In this document: one piece after another, positions 9,065 through 18,033 of the stretch | Layout: every line of letters begins with the position of its first letter | Numbering within the stretch: position 1 is the stretch's first letter | From: Candidatus Melainabacteria bacterium 17Bon1m | Lineage (GTDB): Bacteria > Cyanobacteriota > Vampirovibrionia > Obscuribacterales > Obscuribacteraceae | Direction of reading: 5' to 3' | DNA length: 64,000 nt | NCBI GenBank assembly: GCA_032128875.1 | Contig: JAVLKG010000002.1 | Coordinates: 192,001-256,000, forward strand | Position numbers and translations under genes: made by a program | The notes under the pieces: generated by a model | What the model saw: the letters and a program-made list of their open reading frames with translations, nothing else | Told to the model about the DNA's origin: nothing | The model's database searches: none

Positions 9065-10732
9065 TTAGACGACGGCTGTCGCCGCAGACGATTCTTCTTT
9101 TAGAGTGGTCCTTTGTTTTGCGCTTCGTCGAGATACAGCATCAAATATGCGCTGCTCGAACAGTGAACCCGGCTGAAAGGATGATGGTGCTGCGATGCAT
9201 TTCAGCAGCCGAAAAGAGCGTGACGGAACTCGCAAATAACTCAGCACATAAAATACTGCCATGCCGATGATACGGTACATAAGAATTTCGAGTGAACTTA
9301 CGTGGCGACAAAATGTTTTTGCAAACGTGAAATCAAACTGTGTAATAAGTGCTTCGAAATAGTTGTCTCCGATCGGACCAAGTGCTCCCTCTTCATTGAG
9401 TTCGTCGAACAATTCCGATCCAGGATAAGGTGTGAACGCTGATACATTGCAATCATCAACACCCATCAACGCTAAGCGCCACATCATGAGCAGCGTTTTG
9501 GCAATGTCAATTCTCTTCTCGAATGGAAAACCAATGATGAAATTGACTTTCACAACGATTTTGTTTTCCAGGGCGGCTTTTATTGAAAGAAGCATGTTGT
9601 CCAAATTGACACGCTTTTTAATCATATTCAACGTGCGCTCGGAACCGCTTTCCGGTGCGTAGACTAGAAATTCGCAGCCGGCTTGTGAGAGTGACGATAT
9701 CACATTCTCATCTAGGCTTTCAGAGCGAGTGCCTGATGGCAGCTGCCAAACAACGTCTATGTTTCGCGCTTTGATTTCTTTCGTGAAATCGAGAATCCAT
9801 TGTTTTTGAACAATTGCTGTTAGATCATAAAAATCGATGCTGTTCACGTTGTAGCGACGGATGTTGTCCTCTATTTCTGAAACAACATCCTCGACTGAGC
9901 GCATCGTATAGCGCGTAGTCCACATTGTCGGATTGGAGCAGAAGGTGCATTGATACGGACAACCTCTTGTCGCCAACATGGCGATGTTTCGTCCACGTCC
10001 GATTCCCATTGTAAAATTTGGACGAAAGTAAGGCTCTACGTCAATCAAGTGCCATGCCGGCCAAGGCATTTGCTTGATGTTTGCGATTCTTGGCGCAAGA
10101 CCATTGTCGATATATTTGCCATCCTTTAAATAGCAAATTCCACTGATGTCTCCTACCGGCAATCCGGAGCGAGTCTTGTAGACAAGTTCTAGCAAGGCTA
10201 GCTCCCCTTCCCCTTTAATCAAATAATCAATGGCTGGGCAGTCCCTCAACGTATATTCGGCCATCGCGGTAGCGTGCTCGCCTCCCACAACGATAGTGGC
10301 ATCAGGAAAACGCTGACGTACCTTATTTATAAACTTGCGTTGGTGGGGCCACTCTTGCGAGAACATCGTGGAAATTCCGATCGTGTCGCTATTCGGATCG
10401 ATGAGTGCGAGTGCCTCATCGTCATTCACTCCCATAACGTTAAAACGGCCGTCGTCACTTAGCCTAATTGCTTCGACACCGCGTCCAGGTACGTCGATAA
10501 TCTCGACTTTGTACGAAGCTTTCTCTAGGACTGCGGCAAGATAGGCAATGCCGATCGGCATCGCGAGGGGAGTGCTGTAAGAATTTTTGGAAAAGACAAT
10601 CGATGGGCGAACGAGCGAGACAACCTTAGTCGACTTTTGATCGGGATTGGCAAAAGCAGAAAATGCATCTTCAAGCGGCGTCGGATTGGCGCGCTGAATA
10701 TATGCATTATTTTTTGGAACAGTGTAGGTCAT
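9065..10732 (-). CDS. Cobalamin-binding radical SAM protein (class B methylase-like)
   Basis: PIGIAYLAAVL and VVGGEHAT B12-binding features; RGCPYQCTFC CxxxCxxC motif; ESGS. Confidence 0.9.
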   Translation of the reverse strand: MTYTVPKNNAYIQRANPTPLEDAFSAFANPDQKSTKVVSLVRPSIVFSKNSYSTPLAMPIGIAYLAAVLEKASYKVEIIDVPGRGVEAIRLSDDGRFNVMGVNDDEALALIDPNSDTIGISTMFSQEWPHQRKFINKVRQRFPDATIVVGGEHATAMAEYTLRDCPAIDYLIKGEGELALLELVYKTRSGLPVGDISGICYLKDGKYIDNGLAPRIANIKQMPWPAWHLIDVEPYFRPNFTMGIGRGRNIAMLATRGCPYQCTFCSNPTMWTTRYTMRSVEDVVSEIEDNIRRYNVNSIDFYDLTAIVQKQWILDFTKEIKARNIDVVWQLPSGTRSESLDENVISSLSQAGCEFLVYAPESGSERTLNMIKKRVNLDNMLLSIKAALENKIVVKVNFIIGFPFEKRIDIAKTLLMMWRLALMGVDDCNVSAFTPYPGSELFDELNEEGALGPIGDNYFEALITQFDFTFAKTFCRHVSSLEILMYRIIGMAVFYVLSYLRVPSRSFRLLKCIAAPSSFQPGSLFEQRIFDAVSRRSAKQRTTLKEESSAATAVV

Positions 10733-10884
10733 CTAGGACTTTAGCCGGCGAAGTGATTTTTCAGCAGTGTAGCCGAGTGATGTCTTTACTTCGTTACGTA
10801 TTTCTGATTTCAATCATTTCATGATCTAAAAAACTTTTATTTCGAGGACATGAAGGTTACTCTAGATTCCACTATTCTGTGACG

Positions 10885-11700
10885 ATGAGTGCCGCCACCA
10901 CATACAAAAAAGTTGAAGCCGCTCCAGTCGGCAGTGGTTTCGATCCAAAGTTTTTCGCTGAGATTGCGGCTTTAGAGCAACACAATTTCTGGTTTCGCGC
11001 GCGCAACAGCTTGATTGTCTGGTTTTTGGGAAAGTCAGTAAAACCAGACGCACAGTTTTTTGAAATTGGTTTTGGCACGGGTGTCGTTCTAAACGCGGTC
11101 GCTAAAAGCTTTCCGGGCATGCGTCTTTTGGGCGGAGAGTTGTTCTCTGAAGCGTTGGAGTTTGCTCGAAAGCAAGTGCCAATGGCGAATCTCTTCATCT
11201 GTGATGCAACTGAGATTTCTGCTTTGGGAGACTACGATTGCATAGGTGCGTTTGATGTCCTAGAACACATCGAAGACGATCACCTGGCTCTTCGAAACAT
11301 CTACGCTGCTTTGGCACCGGGCGGATTTCTGATGGCGACAGTGCCCCAGCATACTTGGCTCTGGAGTCCTTCCGACGAGATAGTTTTCCATCACAGACGT
11401 TATTCACCCGGCGAACTCGAGTCCAAGCTTTGCGATCATGGATTTCACGTTGTTCGCTCCACCTCTTTTATGTTCTTTCTCCTGCCGCTTATGGCACTTT
11501 CTAGGATCTGGCAAAGAGTAGCCAAGCCCAAATTCAATGTGTTTTCCGAGCTGCGCGTAAACACGCTGCTTTCCTGGGTATTTTCTGCTGTTTTGCGTTT
11601 GGAGATACTAGCAATAAAAGCTGGAATCAACTTCCCTGCGGGTGGTTCGAGGTTTGTCCTTGCACGCAAACCGCTTACAGTGGCAAATGAAGGCATATAA
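10885..11700 (+). CDS. Class I SAM-dependent methyltransferase (glycan-cluster type)
   Basis: HNFWFRAR, EIGFGTG, FDVLEHIEDD, TVP, HHRRY motifs. Confidence 0.88.
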   Translation: MSAATTYKKVEAAPVGSGFDPKFFAEIAALEQHNFWFRARNSLIVWFLGKSVKPDAQFFEIGFGTGVVLNAVAKSFPGMRLLGGELFSEALEFARKQVPMANLFICDATEISALGDYDCIGAFDVLEHIEDDHLALRNIYAALAPGGFLMATVPQHTWLWSPSDEIVFHHRRYSPGELESKLCDHGFHVVRSTSFMFFLLPLMALSRIWQRVAKPKFNVFSELRVNTLLSWVFSAVLRLEILAIKAGINFPAGGSRFVLARKPLTVANEGI

Positions 11701-13501
11701 GGTCGATCTCTTCGATCTATTGCTTCTGGTTGCAGTAGTCATAACAACTCTTTTTTTGACGGCGACTGTCTTTTGGGGCCTCAACCGCGGCTTTGACTTA
11801 ACTGACGAGGGATATTACCTGGTTTTAGCGAGCAACCCTGCAAAATACGCAGGGGTAAGCGCTTTCCATTTTTTGTTGTCGAAGTTGCCGAATTTGACAA
11901 CATCCAAGCTGATTGATCTGCGCATCTTCCAGTTACTGGGCCAAATCGTCTCGTGTCTGCTCCTTTCGTACGGTTTCTGGCAGATGAATTGGTCGAACTC
12001 TTTTCGACCTACAAAGACGCAATTGGCGATCAGCGTTTTCTTTACTGTTCTGGCCAGTTTCCTCTTGCAAGCAATTTTTCCGCCTTCGCTTTCATACAAT
12101 GGACTGACTTATTTTTTGATTTTTTCTTCGTTTGGACTTCTTTTTGCCGCTGCTGGAGTGCCTTCCGGTAAGGCCAACCTTCCTGTGCTTCTCAGCTGCA
12201 TCTCGGGTTTTCTCTGCGTTTTTGAGCTGCCTGTCAAATTCACGGCAGGTGTTTTGTCAGTTTTCTTAGGCTTTGCTTGGCTCTGCATCAACAAAAACCA
12301 GCGCTCACTTTTGACGTCTTACTCGCTGGGCTTATTTGCCGGGGCCGTATTTTTTCTTTGCGTAATTCAGACTCCATCACAATTTCAAGAACAGTTGGAG
12401 CAAATAAGATGCTATGCGACGATGACGACAACGCACTCGCCGGGCGCAATTTTGCGAACCAACTTACTAAATATCAAGACAACATTGGAAACTGGCTGGG
12501 TTAACTTTGGTTTTGTTCTTTTAGTACCGGCTTTGTCCGCGACGCTCGCTATATTGGCTGCAAAGTCAAAGTTGCCGGCAAAGAAATATGTAATCGGACT
12601 TCTGGCGTCTGCGTGTCTGCTGCCGTCACTTTTTCTAATCAGCACCAAAAACGGTGCGTACTATCTATCGTACGTTGACGTACAAATTTCCGTATCACTC
12701 GGTATGTCGGTTTTGCTGATTTTTGCCCTAACGAGGTATACCCATGGTTTCAGATTGATTTCGCACCTGCAATTTCTTTCTTCTTTGGCAATCTTATTTG
12801 TACTGCCTCTCGTGTGCTCTTTTGGCTCGGCGAATCCACTGCCCTTTCAACTCGTTTCCTGTATGTCACCCGTCTTTCTGGCGCTCTCGGCAATCTCATT
12901 GAAAGTCCTTACTGGAGCGGTTGCTGCGCCGTTTCGATTTGCGTTGATCGGTGGGTTGACCAGCTTGGTGATTAAGGTATTTCTGAACGGATACATACAT
13001 CATCCTTATCTTCTGTACGGCAGTTTGGAAGAGCAACGGTATGATGCGTCCGATTTGCCAAACTTACGAGGCGTCAAACTCAGCAAGGATAGCCTGAACT
13101 TCCTGTCGTCAACATACGAAATTCTGACGCAAAATGGCTATCAGCCGGGCGATCCGATTATGAGCCTTTTCGATATTCCCGGAGCGGTCTATGCGCTGGG
13201 TGGAACTGAAGTAGGTTCTCCGTGGCTTTTGTCGCTACCTTCTTTCAAGGACTTTCGCCCTCGTTGGTACAGGAGCTGTCGTAAAGACGTTACGGACAAA
13301 CTTTTCGTCCTGAATTCCTGGGAGCTTTCTGCGCAAACAAGGAAAAGCCTGCTGGAAGCTGGTTTTGACTTCCCTTCGGATTTTGAATTGGTCGGAATGA
13401 CTGACATGAAACCGTATTCCTATGGGCTACAGAGTTCCGGAACGGGTGATAGATATTTGGTCGGAAAAGTCCGGCTTTATAGGTGGCGGGGCAGTCGATG
13501 A
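11687..13501 (+). CDS. Polytopic membrane protein, probable GT-C fold glycosyltransferase
   Basis: GFDLTDEGYY acidic loop after first TM, many TMs, soluble C-terminal domain; overlaps the upstream methyltransferase. Confidence 0.6.
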   Translation: MKAYKVDLFDLLLLVAVVITTLFLTATVFWGLNRGFDLTDEGYYLVLASNPAKYAGVSAFHFLLSKLPNLTTSKLIDLRIFQLLGQIVSCLLLSYGFWQMNWSNSFRPTKTQLAISVFFTVLASFLLQAIFPPSLSYNGLTYFLIFSSFGLLFAAAGVPSGKANLPVLLSCISGFLCVFELPVKFTAGVLSVFLGFAWLCINKNQRSLLTSYSLGLFAGAVFFLCVIQTPSQFQEQLEQIRCYATMTTTHSPGAILRTNLLNIKTTLETGWVNFGFVLLVPALSATLAILAAKSKLPAKKYVIGLLASACLLPSLFLISTKNGAYYLSYVDVQISVSLGMSVLLIFALTRYTHGFRLISHLQFLSSLAILFVLPLVCSFGSANPLPFQLVSCMSPVFLALSAISLKVLTGAVAAPFRFALIGGLTSLVIKVFLNGYIHHPYLLYGSLEEQRYDASDLPNLRGVKLSKDSLNFLSSTYEILTQNGYQPGDPIMSLFDIPGAVYALGGTEVGSPWLLSLPSFKDFRPRWYRSCRKDVTDKLFVLNSWELSAQTRKSLLEAGFDFPSDFELVGMTDMKPYSYGLQSSGTGDRYLVGKVRLYRWRGSR

Positions 13502-13691
13502 TTCGTTTCTTTCCAATTTGTAACCTTGGCTTTAATTAGTAATACTTGTGAAAGCCCGCCCTCTGCGATTCAGCAAGTGATCGGCTGGCTAAAAGGTGTT
13601 AAAAGGATAAAGACTTAATGCGTGAAAAGCAGACCTAGTGCGGAGATGGATGTTAATTTACGTGTTTAAACCAATGTCTAGTCTGAGTCTC

Positions 13692-14891
13692 ATGAGTACA
13701 GAAGAAATGATTACCGCCACAAAACCAGCGATTTTAGGCTCCCGCGCGACCTTCGAGTCTACGCTGCGACTTGTGATTCCGGACTTGCCTTCTTACTCGT
13801 CCATGCAATCTGAATTCTCTGATATCGTCGATTCAGGAGTTCTTACGAAAGGTCGCCATCTCCAGCAGTTTGAAAAGAGCGCTGCAAAACATTGCGGCAG
13901 CAACTTCGCAGTCGGCGTTTCCAGTTGCACCACTGGTCTCGTCTTAGCGCATAAGGCTCTGGAACTTCATGGAGAAGTGATCCTTCCAAGTTTTACTTTT
14001 CTGGCATCGGCACTTGGTTGTGCTTGGAATAACACTGTCCCCGTTTTTGTCGACATCGATGCCGATGATTGGACAATCAATCCGAAAGCAGTTGAAGCTG
14101 CAATCACGTCCAAGACCACTGGAATCGTAGCTACTCACGTCTTTGGCAACCCGTGCCAGATAGACCAGTTGGAAGAGATTGCGAAGCGTCATGGAATCAA
14201 GCTGATATTTGACGCGGCCCACGGATTTGGTGCTCTCTATCAAGGAAAAGCGCTAGGCAGCAGGGGCGATCTGGAAGTCTTTAGTTTGAGTCCGACAAAA
14301 CTTGTTATTGCCGGCGAAGGTGGCATGATCACCTTCAATGATGAGAAATTGCGAGACAAGCTTCAGGTCTTGCGCGAATATGGAAACGACGGTCAGTATG
14401 ACCTTATCGATTCTGGTTTGAATGCGCGCATGCCTGAGATCAATGCCCTTCTGGGTAACGAAGGTCTGAAGCGGCTTGAAGGCGTCGTAGAGAGACGGAC
14501 AAAGGTCGCAACCGACGTGATTGAGCATCTTAAAAATGTACCCGGAATAAAATGGCAGCAAGTTCGCTCCGGCAATCGCTCATCGCTTAAAGACCTAGCG
14601 ATGCTCGTTGAAGAAAAGACTTTTGGTATGTCTCGGGACATGTTGGCGAAGACTCTCGCCGCTGAAAATATCGAGACACGCAATTATTACGATCCGCCGT
14701 GCCATAGGCAGTCTTACTGGCAAGAGCGTTGTCGCGTGAATGGTACGCTGACCGTTACTGAGCAGCTTTCTAATGGTGCGCTGACGATTCCGTTGCATTC
14801 AAAAATGACTGATCAGGATGTTGCACAGCTTGCCGGCGCGATAACCGCTGCGCATAAGTACGCTTCGGAAATTCGCAAGGCAATCGGTTAG
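13692..14891 (+). CDS. DegT/DnrJ/EryC1/StrS-family PLP sugar aminotransferase
   Basis: SSCTTGL, PSFTF, THVFGNP, FDAAHGFG, FSLSPTK...GEGG; start codon uncertain. Confidence 0.93.
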   Translation: MSTEEMITATKPAILGSRATFESTLRLVIPDLPSYSSMQSEFSDIVDSGVLTKGRHLQQFEKSAAKHCGSNFAVGVSSCTTGLVLAHKALELHGEVILPSFTFLASALGCAWNNTVPVFVDIDADDWTINPKAVEAAITSKTTGIVATHVFGNPCQIDQLEEIAKRHGIKLIFDAAHGFGALYQGKALGSRGDLEVFSLSPTKLVIAGEGGMITFNDEKLRDKLQVLREYGNDGQYDLIDSGLNARMPEINALLGNEGLKRLEGVVERRTKVATDVIEHLKNVPGIKWQQVRSGNRSSLKDLAMLVEEKTFGMSRDMLAKTLAAENIETRNYYDPPCHRQSYWQERCRVNGTLTVTEQLSNGALTIPLHSKMTDQDVAQLAGAITAAHKYASEIRKAIG

Positions 14892-14910
14892 CTATCAAAC
14901 CGTAGCTCGG

Positions 14911-17157
14911 CTAAACAGCGGTCAAGTCTACTTCTTTTTCTGCTGCTCTGGAAGTCTGATTAGTGTGGTTGTCCATCATCCAGTATTTCTCGAAGAACAA
15001 GCCAGCTGTGGGATTCTTCAATCGGAACAGGATGGTCTTCAGCAATATTTTCACGTCCAACAAAGGACTCCAGTTAACCATATAGAGTACGTCTAGCCCA
15101 TTCAAGCAGTCGAAGTCCAAATCTCCTGTCACATTCATATGACACCACCCGGTCAGTCCTGGTCTTGTTGTCCATGCGGTTGGGTGGTTTTCTGGTCGAT
15201 CGCTTAGTTGAATTTTGGGGCGTATGCGTGTTCCGACAATACTCATGTCACCTTTGAAAACGTTGATGAGCAAAGGTAACCAAGCCAACTTGCAATAGAT
15301 GCTCTGATTTACTTTCCAATCACCAAAAGAATAAACCGCAAAGGTGTGGTTTCGCTTACCCATAACCGTTTGAAGTTCAAACACCGGTTTGCCTGCTTTA
15401 CGCGCGGACTGCCGAGCTAACGCAAAGACAGGTAAAAAGAATACTATAAGCGTCGAGGCTGCCGTAATATCAAAAAGACGCTTCGCAAGTCTCGGCGCGG
15501 GGACGCAGAAGAGACTCGCGATCGCCTCGAAGACGACCACTGGGTGATACATCGGTAGGATTCGACCTGCTTGAGAAAGCCGATAGCCAATGCGATCTCG
15601 CATTCTCTTCTTGGTCAACGCAAAAGGATATGCCAACCAAAAGAGCAGGGCGGGAAATATTCGCGCCGTATACGACATTACGGAAGCGAAGCTTGTGTTT
15701 CCATCTACGCGGAAGAGCGGTTGAATCAGTGTGCTAATTCTGTTTTGAAATTCAATTACGGGTCGATAAAGGTCGGTGAAATAAGGACCAGACATTCCTT
15801 CAATCTCATAGCGAAACTGAAGCGAAAGAATTGCGAGCAGCAAGAATGGTGCAATCAACGAACGCCAAGCAATCACATGCCAGCGATAGCCTGAATGTTG
15901 TGTCTCTGAATAGCATTGTTGATAAAGCTCGTTCAACTTTCTAACTGTTGATTTTAGCGAAAACTCATTGAGCATGAGTTCCCGTCCGGAGTTTCCCAAG
16001 CGTTGCGCAAATTCCGCATCTCCCAAGAGTCTGCTGATGGCCGCTGCAAGCTCCTCAGTATTATCCATCTCGACCAAAAGCCCGGTTTGTTCATGACGAA
16101 CTGAATCAACCATACCGCCAACTCTGGTTGCAACAAGAGGTCTGCTCATCAGCAAACTCTCAATCGTTCCACCCAAATTTTCACTGCGAGACAATTGCAG
16201 TGAGACTGAAAGCGACGACAAAATTTCCGGCACATTTTCACGATGACCCACAAAGTGAATATATTTGCTCAAACCCTTTGCAGCAACGCTGGCTTTAAGG
16301 TCTTCCATGAGCTTCTGACCGGGCTCGCCCCAACCATCTCCAACGAAAAGGAATCGCGCCTTAGGACACACCGAGAGGATCTGTGGAACAGCCTCAATAA
16401 GTGTTTCATGTCCTTTCATTGATTTGTTCCAAACGGACTTAGGATAGTGTCTGGATTCTGTAAGAGGAGCGTAGAAGTAAGCGACCATGCCAACTAATAG
16501 AACATCTTCATCTAATTCCAACTCTTCGATTAGGCGACTACGTGCGCTCTCAGCATCAAAGTTAGTGGGTGAAAAATTGCTCTCATCGGCACCGTAATAA
16601 ACTAATTCCAAGTTTGTCGCAGGTACCCCTGCGGCGCGATACTGTTGCCCCGAATACGTGCACGAAACAATGACACGTGAATCCATCCAGCAACTGCCCA
16701 ACTCGACTGCTTGCGGAATTTCCGCATCCATGTAGAACGGACCGGGGATCATACTCAAGCGAACAGGTACATCCGCGATCCAAGCAGCAAAACGGCTGAC
16801 AATCATTGATGGATAGAGGTGATGATGAACCACATCATATCGCTCTATGGTGAAATGTTTGGCGAGACTGTAGATGTTTTTAAGACTGGGTAAAGCCTGC
16901 CTAGAATGCCAGGGAAAGCCGATTTTATGAAAGCAATGATGCACTCCAAAGGAGTCGAGCTTCTTGCTGAGGTCTCCTTCTTCAGGAATGATCGACGCAA
17001 CTGAGTGGCCTAAGCTCTTAAGTTCCCTAAGTTGCTCCGCCATCCAGGTGGCACCGCGGGCAGTGTCAGCTGTATGGGCAATCTTAAGTTTGTTTGTGGC
17101 AGTAGGTGAAGTTTTTGCGCTCAAGATGCTTCGAAACTTTGCACTCAACCAGTGCAT
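14911..17157 (-). CDS. GT4 glycosyltransferase fused to C-terminal bacterial sugar-transferase (PglC/WcaJ-like) domain
   Basis: KGH, SRSENLGGTIESL, VATRVGG in the GT4 part; KRLFD, NVFKGDMSIVG, RPGLTGW, DVLYMVNWSPLLDVKILLKT in the C-terminal part. Confidence 0.85.
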   Translation of the reverse strand: MHWLSAKFRSILSAKTSPTATNKLKIAHTADTARGATWMAEQLRELKSLGHSVASIIPEEGDLSKKLDSFGVHHCFHKIGFPWHSRQALPSLKNIYSLAKHFTIERYDVVHHHLYPSMIVSRFAAWIADVPVRLSMIPGPFYMDAEIPQAVELGSCWMDSRVIVSCTYSGQQYRAAGVPATNLELVYYGADESNFSPTNFDAESARSRLIEELELDEDVLLVGMVAYFYAPLTESRHYPKSVWNKSMKGHETLIEAVPQILSVCPKARFLFVGDGWGEPGQKLMEDLKASVAAKGLSKYIHFVGHRENVPEILSSLSVSLQLSRSENLGGTIESLLMSRPLVATRVGGMVDSVRHEQTGLLVEMDNTEELAAAISRLLGDAEFAQRLGNSGRELMLNEFSLKSTVRKLNELYQQCYSETQHSGYRWHVIAWRSLIAPFLLLAILSLQFRYEIEGMSGPYFTDLYRPVIEFQNRISTLIQPLFRVDGNTSFASVMSYTARIFPALLFWLAYPFALTKKRMRDRIGYRLSQAGRILPMYHPVVVFEAIASLFCVPAPRLAKRLFDITAASTLIVFFLPVFALARQSARKAGKPVFELQTVMGKRNHTFAVYSFGDWKVNQSIYCKLAWLPLLINVFKGDMSIVGTRIRPKIQLSDRPENHPTAWTTRPGLTGWCHMNVTGDLDFDCLNGLDVLYMVNWSPLLDVKILLKTILFRLKNPTAGLFFEKYWMMDNHTNQTSRAAEKEVDLTAV

Positions 17158-17266
17158 TAAAATGGAGTGAGGATTTCAGTAGCAACCCTAAGTATACTTG
17201 AAGGTAAATATTGGCGAGATTGTTATTATTTCAGGCTTTTGATGTTGTAAAGGGTGGGTTTTGATA

Positions 17267-17887
17267 ATGAAGGGGCTTGTGAAGGTTGTCGTCATCGGCA
17301 CTGGAGGACACTCAAAGGTTGTTGCTGAGACGATTCTTATGGACGGTCGCTATGAGCTGTCCGGCTTTGCCAACGCCGAAGCTGATATCTCTGAGTTTCT
17401 TGGATATCCGGTATTTCGCTCCGTAACCGACTTTAAAGAATCTCACTTTATTGTCGCTGTAGGTAATAACGCTGCTCGGGCAAGGTTGTTTGCAGAACAC
17501 ACTAAAGACGGCCTTGTTGCCGTTTCTGCCATACATCCAAAAGCGATAGTGTCACCTTCAGCAATTGTTGGTGAAGGTACCGTCGTCGCCGCTGGTGCGA
17601 TAATCAACCCATATGCTCAGATCGGCCGAAACTGCATCATCAATACAGGCGCCGTCGTGGAACATGATTGCGTTATAGGAGATCACACGCACCTTGCTCC
17701 GGGAACGAAGCTTGCCGGCAACGTAAAAGTTGCGGAGGGTTCATTTCTGGGGATTGGAACAACCGTCATTCCTGGAATAAAAATCGGCGAAAACTGCCAT
17801 ACCGGTGCCGGCGCCGTAGTAATCAGGGACGTGGAACCATCAACAACAGTTGTTGGAGTTCCAGCAAAACTGCTATTGAAGAAGTAG
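17267..17887 (+). CDS. NeuD/PglD-family sugar N/O-acetyltransferase (hexapeptide repeat)
   Basis: IGTGGHSKVV, VAVGNNAAR, IHPKA, INTGAVVEHD, VGVPAK. Confidence 0.92.
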   Translation: MKGLVKVVVIGTGGHSKVVAETILMDGRYELSGFANAEADISEFLGYPVFRSVTDFKESHFIVAVGNNAARARLFAEHTKDGLVAVSAIHPKAIVSPSAIVGEGTVVAAGAIINPYAQIGRNCIINTGAVVEHDCVIGDHTHLAPGTKLAGNVKVAEGSFLGIGTTVIPGIKIGENCHTGAGAVVIRDVEPSTTVVGVPAKLLLKK

Positions 17888-17927
17888 AGGCGCATTGTAT
17901 GCGCGTGGTTCAAAGGTGTTCGTGGAC

Positions 17928-18001
17928 TGCGAAGTGCTGGCGAAGTGCCGTGATTGCGAAGTGCTGGGATTGCGAAGTGCTGGGATTGCGAAGTGCTGGG
18001 A
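17928..18001. repeat. Tandem 16 bp repeat TGCGAAGTGCTGGGAT (about 3 intact plus 2 degenerate units)
   Basis: Read directly between convergent genes. Confidence 0.9.
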
Positions 18002-18003
18002 GC

Positions 18004-18024
18004 GCCGGCAGCCTGCCGGCTTTT
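18004..18024 (+). terminator. GC-rich hairpin with T-tract, probable intrinsic terminator
   Basis: GCCGGCA-GCC-TGCCGGC-TTTT between convergent genes. Confidence 0.55.
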
Positions 18025-18033
18025 GAGCGGCTG

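Noticed and set aside
17928-18001. Possible CRISPR array
   Set aside because: Head-to-tail 16-mers with no spacers.
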